Assembly (NCBI RefSeq): GCF_900232105.1
Contig: NZ_LT934425.1
Coordinates: 4,020,001 to 4,052,000 of the forward strand
Direction of reading: 5' to 3'
Length of the DNA: 32,000 bases
From: Candidatus Kuenenia stuttgartensis
GTDB taxonomy: Bacteria; Planctomycetota; Brocadiia; Brocadiales; Brocadiaceae
Shown: in pieces, positions 25,941 through 32,000 of the stretch
Layout: every line of letters starts with the position of its first letter
Numbering within the stretch: position 1 is the first letter of the stretch
Position numbers and translations under genes: made by a program
Notes under the pieces: generated by a model
The model's input: only the letters and a program-made list of their open reading frames with translations
Told to the model about the DNA's origin: nothing
Databases searched by the model: none

Positions 25941-27384
25941 TGACGCATTGGCATTGTATAATGCAGGGCCTAAAGTTGTAATCAAAATACTGTGTGATTT
26001 AAGCAACACTGTTGAATCTCAAAAAGAGCAGATAACTCTCCTGGAAGCCAAGGTCGCCAGGCTTTCAAAGAACTCCTCCAATTCCGGCAAACGGCCTTCT
26101 TCCGATGATATTACAAAGCCCAATAAGAAGAAAAAGAAGAGTACCAGAAAAATAGGAGGACAACCCGGACACAAGAAACATGAGCGTCCATTATTTTCTG
26201 ACAAAGAGATTGATAAGGTTCATTCCTACATATTACCTGCCTGTCCGGACTGCAAAGGGGAAGTCGCCATAATGGACGGCAAACCGCGTGTCATTCAACA
26301 GGTTGAATTGATTGAAGTCCCTTTGAGTAGAGAAGAACACCGCTCATATCCGGTATGGTGTCAGACATGTCTCAAGACTCATTATATGCCATTCCCTCCT
26401 GACGTTTATAAAGAGGGGTTGTTCAAAGAACGCTTAACATCGCTGATAGCCTACATGAAAAATGTCCTCCACGCATCATTTTCTACCATCAGGAAGTATA
26501 TCAGAGATGTCCTTGGAGAAAAGATATCCCGGGGATATTTGCGTAAAGTCATATGTAAGGTATCCCGGTCTCTTGAAGCTCCGTACAACGAATTGCTCAA
26601 TCGTCTTCCTTTAGAGACAGTCGTAAATTTAGACGAAACCGGCCATAAGGAAAATGGCGATAAATTCTGGACATGGGTTTTCAAAGCCGATCTTTACGTG
26701 CTCTTCAAGATTGACAAGTCCCGTGGTTCAAAGGTCTTGATCGACGTTTTGGGTAAAGAGTTTAACGGGGTGCTGGGTTGTGACTATTTTTCTGCATATC
26801 GGAAGTACATGAATGATTTTAACGTCTCAATACAGTTTTGTATTGCCCATTTGATTCGGGATATCCGGTTCTTAACCACTTTAAAGGACCGGGAAACAAA
26901 GGTTTATGGCCAAAAACTCCTCGATGAAGTCAAAAACATGTTTAAAGTCATTCATAACCGTAAAAGCATGACGTCAGAAACCTTTACGTCTGCACTCGAG
27001 TATGCCAAAGAACAAATCATCGCGGCGGCGTTAAGCAATGTTCCAAGCAAGTTGAACAAAAATGGTAAAGAGGAGAAAAGGGAAGCCCAAAATATGGCAA
27101 ATCGCTTTCGTCGTCATGGAAAAGCATATTTTGAATTTATCACAACACCTGGCATAGATCCTACCAACAATGTGGCAGAACAAGCTATACGGTTTGTGGT
27201 GATAGATCGTCATGTAACGCAGGGTACGCGCAGCGAAAAGGGAAGACAGAGCAACGAACGTTTATGGACTGTTATAGCGACATGTTCTTTGCAAGGCCGG
27301 TCAGCTTTCAATTTCATCCTGGAGGCGGTCAAAGCATTTTTTTGTGATCAGCCTCCCCCTTCACTACTACCCGATTCCTCCTGA
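25930..27384 (+). CDS. IS66-family transposase
   Basis: 484 aa. N-terminal coiled-coil, then NSSNSGKRPSSD..GGQPGHKKHER, a Zn-finger region CPDCKGE, DETGHKENGDKFWTWVF, GCDYFSAYRKY, and NNVAEQAIR. Its start overlaps the DUF4338 stop by 11 nt (ATGACGCCTGA). Confidence 0.9.
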   Translation: MTPDDALALYNAGPKVVIKILCDLSNTVESQKEQITLLEAKVARLSKNSSNSGKRPSSDDITKPNKKKKKSTRKIGGQPGHKKHERPLFSDKEIDKVHSYILPACPDCKGEVAIMDGKPRVIQQVELIEVPLSREEHRSYPVWCQTCLKTHYMPFPPDVYKEGLFKERLTSLIAYMKNVLHASFSTIRKYIRDVLGEKISRGYLRKVICKVSRSLEAPYNELLNRLPLETVVNLDETGHKENGDKFWTWVFKADLYVLFKIDKSRGSKVLIDVLGKEFNGVLGCDYFSAYRKYMNDFNVSIQFCIAHLIRDIRFLTTLKDRETKVYGQKLLDEVKNMFKVIHNRKSMTSETFTSALEYAKEQIIAAALSNVPSKLNKNGKEEKREAQNMANRFRRHGKAYFEFITTPGIDPTNNVAEQAIRFVVIDRHVTQGTRSEKGRQSNERLWTVIATCSLQGRSAFNFILEAVKAFFCDQPPPSLLPDSS

Positions 27385-27582
27385 CAATCATACCCCTCCT
27401 TGTCCAGCAGCTATCCGCTCAACTTTTCTATAGCACATGGATCTCGTATTGTGTTATAAAATTACCGTTCAGTCTCAACTACAAATGCATGGATGGAATC
27501 CGTATGCCCCCTGTGAACGGTTACAATTATTTTTAGAACTTGCATTTCTATTTGTTTGTGGATTATTATGAAAACGTAAAGA

Positions 27583-27610
27583 TTGACAACCTTCATCATA
27601 CGCTTAATGG
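27583..27610 (+). promoter_or_regulatory. Candidate sigma70-type promoter for the small Cys/His-rich gene
   Basis: TTGACA at 27583-27588 and TAATGG/TTAATG about 15-16 nt downstream, roughly 35 nt before the ATG at 27644. It lies just outside the IS66 right end. Confidence 0.3.
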
Positions 27611-27643
27611 AGTATTTTTGTCGTTATTGTACGAAAAGAAAAA

Positions 27644-28021
27644 ATGAAATTTTTTACCCGGAAGTCTTTATTAAGAAAAGTATTCTATAGCATTCTGGCA
27701 GTGTGGTTTCTCTTATGCATATTGCCGGGTGATTGTTTATTATTGGGATGCACGGAAGAAGGTACTTCACATTGCAATGAAGAACCTTCTGTTGTCTCTT
27801 CCTATGATAATGATCATACTGCTGCCCCCGGAAATGCTTCACACTGTTCCACCTGTTGTGTGCTTTGCGCACATAATCTTATCTTATACACATCCCATTA
27901 TCATTCAAATACGCACATGGACCTCATTGGCAATTGTGCGTTCATCCCTACAAACCGCTTTAACGCTATTTTTCAAACCATTATATTTCGCCCACCGCGA
28001 ACAATCGCAGAACCTTTCTGA
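27644..28021 (+). CDS. Small membrane-anchored or secreted Cys/His-rich protein; possible metal-handling accessory of the efflux operon
   Basis: 125 aa. It has an N-terminal hydrophobic helix (VFYSILAVWFLLCIL) followed by clustered Cys/His (SHCNEE, SHCSTCCVLCAH, SHYHSNTH). It sits upstream of the czcCBA-like genes, where CzcI-like small proteins occur. I recognise no family. Confidence 0.5.
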   Translation: MKFFTRKSLLRKVFYSILAVWFLLCILPGDCLLLGCTEEGTSHCNEEPSVVSSYDNDHTAAPGNASHCSTCCVLCAHNLILYTSHYHSNTHMDLIGNCAFIPTNRFNAIFQTIIFRPPRTIAEPF

Positions 28022-28145
28022 TTTTCTACTCATTATTTAATTTTAACGCTTCACAGGGACACTATTTCCCCAAAATGGCAATAGCATAATCTTTTTCTAC
28101 CGGTATGTTATCAGTTTATTTGACATGCAGGTACTGGAATGCTGT

Positions 28146-28236
28146 ACAGTCGGCAATCAACAATTAGCAGTCGGCAGTCGGCAACCGGCAATCTACAGAC
28201 GGCAAATTGTGGACTGTAGACTGTAGACTGTGGAAA
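28146..28236. repeat. Heptanucleotide tandem repeat, 13 units
   Basis: The units in register are acagtcg gcaatca acaatta gcagtcg gcagtcg gcaaccg gcaatct acagacg gcaaatt gtggact gtagact gtagact gtggaaa. The last units (gactgt) are partly complementary to the first (acagtc). Confidence 0.8.
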
Positions 28237-28280
28237 TTATTATAAAAACCTTAATTTATTGAGAAGTTACGTTAAATTCA

Positions 28281-28309
28281 TGTAGTGCGACGAGGCTCGC
28301 CGCACTACA
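28281..28309. other. GC-rich hairpin between the heptamer repeat and the efflux operon
   Basis: tgtagtgcgacgaggctcgccgcactaca forms a ~12-bp stem with one mismatch. No U-tract follows on either strand. Confidence 0.5.
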
Positions 28310-28429
28310 AATGGCACTTTCCCGTGTTGTCTCAATAAATAGGGGTAATGCATTTACATTCTTCGTATAAACCTTATAGCTGCTTACCTTTGTGCGGGTT
28401 TACCTATTTATTGAACTGATACTATTTAA

Positions 28430-29761
28430 TTGTATTTTTTTACAAAAGGGCATGGTATGTTCACACATTTTTTTAACAGGCATAATTTTCAACGGTGTAT
28501 TTCCAAGTATCATCTTCTTCTTGTTTGCTCATTTATTTACTTTAGCGCTTGCCATGAAATCGTCTGTGGGAACGATATACAAACACCGGCTAAAGCAATT
28601 TCTCTTAAAGAGGCAATAGACATTGCTCTTGAAAGAAACCCAGAACTGCAATCAATGAAAGATCAGGTAGAAGCACAAATTGGCTCATTGAAACAGGCTG
28701 GACTCTACCCAAATCCGGTAATTAACTTTCTGGCGGAAGAAATGCCTACAGATGAGATAGGGTTGAATGAGAGCCAAAACCAGGTATCAATAACCCAGCC
28801 CATCATTACCGGAGGGAAAAGAGGCCTTGCAATAAAAGTAAGCGAAAAAGCAAAGGAGAAAAACGAATTTGAACGGGATTCCTTTCTCCTCAGTGTTATT
28901 GCTGATACAAAAAAGGCATTTTACAAGGTGTTAGCAGGTCAGGAAAGTCACTCGGTAGCAAAGGAAACGGAAAAGATATCGAAAGATATTTATGAAAGTG
29001 AAAAGACACGGTTTGAAGCGGGAGAGGTTGCACTTACCAATGTATTCAGGGCAGAGGTGGAATTTTCAAAGGCAAAAAATCTGGTTTCCCGGACTGAAGG
29101 AGAGTTGCAAAACTCTTTCAGGGAATTGCAAACGATCATGGGTATCCCGGAGGCAACCGATTTTGATATCACCGGAAAACTGATAACGACACCCATGGAA
29201 TTGTCGTTTCATGAACTTGAACGGAGTATGAAAAATAATCAGCCGCTTCTCAGGGTGTCTGAAAAGAATATAGAAATAGCGGAAGCCGGGTTACTGCTGG
29301 AACAAAGACAGGCCATACCGAATATCACCGTATCTGCAGGATATAAAAGACTTTCGCAGGAAGACGCTGATACCATTCAATTCAGCCTGGGGATACCCGC
29401 CCCTTTTTTCAACCGTAACCAGGGAAACATACAAAAAGGCAAAGCCCTTTCGAGAAAGGCAAAAAACGAAAGCATGTCGGTTTATCAGCAAATGCTGTTC
29501 GAGTTAAAAAAGAATTTCAACCTGTACAATATTGAAAGGAGACGCCTCATTGAATTTAAAAACAAGATTCTGCCAGGCACAGAAAAGGCCCTCTCCTTAA
29601 TTACAAATGGCTATAAAGAGGGTGAGTTCGATTATATAGACCTGCTGGATACTCAGAGAATCTGGGCAGATACGAGGGTATCATATATCGATGTAATAAA
29701 ACAACTAAACCTGATAATAGCCGATATCGAAAGACTGGCAGTTATCAAAATAGGGAAATAA
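28430..29761 (+). CDS. Outer-membrane efflux factor, TolC/CzcC family
   Basis: ISLKEAIDIALERNPELQSMKDQVEAQIG..AGLYPNP and the C-terminal ..GEFDYIDLLDTQR.. are typical of CzcC/CusC-type OMFs. The start is uncertain; an alternative Met lies at 28457. Confidence 0.85.
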   Translation: MYFFTKGHGMFTHFFNRHNFQRCISKYHLLLVCSFIYFSACHEIVCGNDIQTPAKAISLKEAIDIALERNPELQSMKDQVEAQIGSLKQAGLYPNPVINFLAEEMPTDEIGLNESQNQVSITQPIITGGKRGLAIKVSEKAKEKNEFERDSFLLSVIADTKKAFYKVLAGQESHSVAKETEKISKDIYESEKTRFEAGEVALTNVFRAEVEFSKAKNLVSRTEGELQNSFRELQTIMGIPEATDFDITGKLITTPMELSFHELERSMKNNQPLLRVSEKNIEIAEAGLLLEQRQAIPNITVSAGYKRLSQEDADTIQFSLGIPAPFFNRNQGNIQKGKALSRKAKNESMSVYQQMLFELKKNFNLYNIERRRLIEFKNKILPGTEKALSLITNGYKEGEFDYIDLLDTQRIWADTRVSYIDVIKQLNLIIADIERLAVIKIGK

Positions 29762-29771
29762 TAATGAGCAT

Positions 29772-31247
29772 ATGACACTTTCTTATAAGGAGAACATGGT
29801 GAATTATTGTATTTATTTACGGATGCACAACCCTCGTAACACCATTATTTTATGGGGTATTATTCTTTTCTTTATCAGTTTTTTACCGATAACAGATACT
29901 TTTGCCCAGAGAGAAGATGAACATGCATGCGAAAAGTCGTGTGGGGAAAAAGACGAACATATCCGGGAAAAGACAAACAAAGATGAAAATAATCATGATC
30001 ATAGCACTTCAGCCGGGGAAAATTTTTCGAATAGTACTGATTCAGGGTATGAACTCTACGAAAAACTTTTGAAAAAAGAATGCGAACATGATGTATCAAT
30101 TATCAAATGTGATGAATGCCGTTATGAAGTTGGCGTCGTCAAGGTTGACCCGTCTCTTTTGGGTGAAATCGTTACCATTGGCAAAGGAATGCCCATGGAT
30201 ATTGGTATTACGCATGAGGCAACCGGAGAAGTGGGACCCAACCAGGATCGTTTTGTTATAGTTTCGCCAAGAATATCAGGGGTAGTGAAAGAAGTATTTG
30301 TTGATTGGGGAGATCAGGTAAAGGAAGGGCAGAAATTAGCGCTATTGGATAGTATAGAACTCGGCGAAGCAAGGGCGGATTACCTGAAGGCTGCGGCCAT
30401 GCTGAAACTGGCGGAAAAGAATTATTCGAGAGAAAAGGAACTTTACGGAAAAAATATTACTTCGGGAAAACATTTCTTTGATGCGGAGAATGCCCACGAA
30501 CAGTCACACATAGAATTAAATGCCCTGATGGAAAAATTGCTTCTCATGGGTCAGGAAGAAGGGAGCATTAGACAGATGCAGGAAAAACTGCTCCTGATGG
30601 ATCAGGAAGAAGTGGATATAAAGCACACGGCAGAAGCGGAGAAACATGTATCTTCGTTATTTACGCTCACCGCCCCTTTTGATGGAACCGTTATTGACAA
30701 GAAGGTCGCGGTTGGCGAACTCAAAAATGCCTTTGATCCGATGCTTACCATCGCAGACCTCACACAACTGTGGGTATGGTTTGACGTCTATGAGAAGGAT
30801 ATTCCAAAGGTAAGAATGGGAAATAAGGCGATGGTATCGGTAGCTTCTTATCCGGAAGAACAGTTCGAAGGGAACGTGACTTATATCGGGAATACCATAG
30901 ACGAAAAGACACGCACCGTAAAGGTCCGTATCGAGGTTGCTAATCATCACGAAAAATTGAAACCCGGTATGTTTGCAAGGGTGCTGCTTCAGGTAGATGA
31001 TGCCAAAAGCGCTGTTGGATTACCGGAAGAAGCGGTACAGGTTGATGGGCAGGAGCGATTCGTCTTTGTGCCACTCAAAGACGGCTATTTCATTCGGCGC
31101 AACGTGATACTGGGAACGCGGTTGAACGGGTATGTAAAAGTCTTCAGTGGTTTAGAGGAAAACGACCCGGTGGTTGTCAAAGGAGGTTTCCTGCTTAAAT
31201 CCGAAACGATGAAAGAAAAATTTGGCGAAGGATGTGGAGGACATTAA
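29772..31247 (+). CDS. Efflux RND periplasmic adaptor (CzcB/CusB-like MFP) with a His/Asp/Cys-rich N-terminal region
   Basis: N-terminal anchor, then EDEHACEKSCGEKDEHIRE..NNHDHS, then the MFP core (VSPRISGVVKEVFVDWGDQVKEGQKLA, LTAPFDGTVIDKKV, VRIEVANHHEKLKPGMFARV). The start is uncertain. Confidence 0.85.
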   Translation: MTLSYKENMVNYCIYLRMHNPRNTIILWGIILFFISFLPITDTFAQREDEHACEKSCGEKDEHIREKTNKDENNHDHSTSAGENFSNSTDSGYELYEKLLKKECEHDVSIIKCDECRYEVGVVKVDPSLLGEIVTIGKGMPMDIGITHEATGEVGPNQDRFVIVSPRISGVVKEVFVDWGDQVKEGQKLALLDSIELGEARADYLKAAAMLKLAEKNYSREKELYGKNITSGKHFFDAENAHEQSHIELNALMEKLLLMGQEEGSIRQMQEKLLLMDQEEVDIKHTAEAEKHVSSLFTLTAPFDGTVIDKKVAVGELKNAFDPMLTIADLTQLWVWFDVYEKDIPKVRMGNKAMVSVASYPEEQFEGNVTYIGNTIDEKTRTVKVRIEVANHHEKLKPGMFARVLLQVDDAKSAVGLPEEAVQVDGQERFVFVPLKDGYFIRRNVILGTRLNGYVKVFSGLEENDPVVVKGGFLLKSETMKEKFGEGCGGH

Positions 31248-31251
31248 ACGT

Positions 31252-32000
31252 ATGTTGAACAAACTGATTGAAGGTACATTACAGCAGAAATTTCTGATTA
31301 TTCTTACCGTATGCGCCATTATCGGACTCGGTATATTTTGCCTGAAAAAGCTGCCCATTGACGCAGTCCCCGATATATCACCCAACCAGGTACAAATCAA
31401 TACCGAAGTGCCGGGGCTCGGACCGGTTGAAATGGAAAAACTCATATCGTTTCCCATCGAGTTCTCCATGAGCAGTTTGCCGGGGGTGAAAGAAATACGG
31501 TCACTTTCAAAAACCGGGCTTTCCCAGGTGCTTGTCTTTTTTGAAGACAACATCGATATTTATTTTGCCCGCCAACTGGTGCTGGAACGGTTGCAAACTG
31601 CAAAGGAACAACTCCCTCAACTCTTAAACGCCCAACCGGAAATGGGACCGGTCAGCACCGGCCTTGGCGAAATCTATCAATATGTAGTTACCGCTGAGAA
31701 TAAGGACGCCATGGAACTGAGGACCATTCAGGACTGGATGATTACCCCACGACTGCTGCTTATCCCGGGCGTCAACGAGGTGAACAGCTTTGGCGGTTTT
31801 GTAAAACAATACCAGGTATTAATCGACCCGAATAAACTTATCACTTACAACGTTACCCTTCGCCAGGTATTTGATGCCCTGACCGCCAACAATGTCAATG
31901 CCGGCGGGCAATACATAGAACATGCCTCGGAGCAATATCTGGTACGGGGAATTGGCCTGATCAATACCATACAGGACATTGAGAATATTGTAGTTCATGC
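31252..32000 (+). CDS. Heavy-metal efflux RND pump, CzcA/CusA family; N-terminal ~249 codons, running off the window end
   Basis: Absent from the ORF track because there is no stop in the window. Translation from the ATG at 31252 gives MLNKLIEGTLQQKFLIILTV...LPIDAVPDISPNQVQINTEVPGLGPVEMEKLISFPIE...GLGEIYQY...IQDWMITPRL..IPGVNEVNSFGGFVKQYQV, a characteristic CzcA/CusA N-terminus. Confidence 0.9.
   Translation, partial: MLNKLIEGTLQQKFLIILTVCAIIGLGIFCLKKLPIDAVPDISPNQVQINTEVPGLGPVEMEKLISFPIEFSMSSLPGVKEIRSLSKTGLSQVLVFFEDNIDIYFARQLVLERLQTAKEQLPQLLNAQPEMGPVSTGLGEIYQYVVTAENKDAMELRTIQDWMITPRLLLIPGVNEVNSFGGFVKQYQVLIDPNKLITYNVTLRQVFDALTANNVNAGGQYIEHASEQYLVRGIGLINTIQDIENIVVH

Larger units (their letters stand above)
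24953..27525 (+). mobile_element. IS66-family-like element (~2.57 kb) carrying DUF4338 plus an IS66 transposase
   Basis: The terminal inverted repeats are tgtaaccgttcacggg (24953-24968) and ccctgtgaacggttaca (27509-27525), matching at 16 of 17 positions and beginning with the IS66-typical GTAA. The flanking 8-mers do not form a clean direct repeat. Confidence 0.75.

Noticed and set aside
28146-28236. Possible CRISPR array or coding repeat
   Set aside because: The period is 7 nt with no spacers and no cas genes. The region is intergenic, and reading it as protein gives stops.
27729-28619. Alternative-frame ORFs 27729-28040 and 28392-28619
   Set aside because: They overlap the Cys/His-rich ORF and the czcC-like start respectively. 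The latter is clearly out-competed by the 443-aa OMF frame. The former is kept only as a caveat on the small-protein call.

Overview
This 32-kb bacterial chromosomal window alternates between housekeeping genes and accessory DNA. The gene content, low GC and many small dispersed palindromic repeats resemble an anammox-type planctomycete, but that is a low-confidence inference.

(i) 1-7.9 kb, all minus strand, is a composite defence locus. It reads SNF2-family helicase, then an AT-rich orphan 443-aa ORF with a PD-(D/E)xK-like motif, then a beta-class (type III-like) Mod methyltransferase, then a RelE/ParE toxin-antitoxin pair, then the N-terminus of a type III Res helicase, which runs off the window.
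- A remnant of a second mod 5' end lies just after the SNF2 stop.
- A 36-nt G/C-tract hairpin element is embedded in frame in both mod and the SNF2 gene.

(ii) 8.3-12.0 kb holds scpB and rnfC-rnfD-rnfG, with no rnfEAB following.

(iii) 12.2-14.7 kb holds an IS1380-family element with inverted repeats, flanked by nested palindromic MITE-like repeats.

(iv) 14.9-20.2 kb holds a parvulin PPIase, mobA, a truncated amidohydrolase N-terminus, an 898-aa internally duplicated FAD oxidoreductase, and 6-phospho-3-hexuloisomerase.

(v) 20.2-27.5 kb is a mobile-element graveyard:
- a DUF4338::ISAs1-like transposase pseudogene
- an ISAzo13 transposase fragment
- a group II intron whose RT/maturase carries an in-frame TGA
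- an IS66-like element in which a disrupted DUF4338 gene occupies the accessory-gene position

(vi) 27.6-32 kb holds a small Cys/His-rich protein, a 13-unit heptanucleotide repeat, and a CzcCBA/CusCBA-type heavy-metal RND efflux operon, with the RND pump truncated by the window end.

The best candidates for something undescribed are the interrupted SNF2-Mod-TA-Res locus with its orphan nuclease-like ORF, and DUF4338 (the DruA domain) recurring as a transposase partner. I saw no CRISPR array, rRNA or convincing tRNA.
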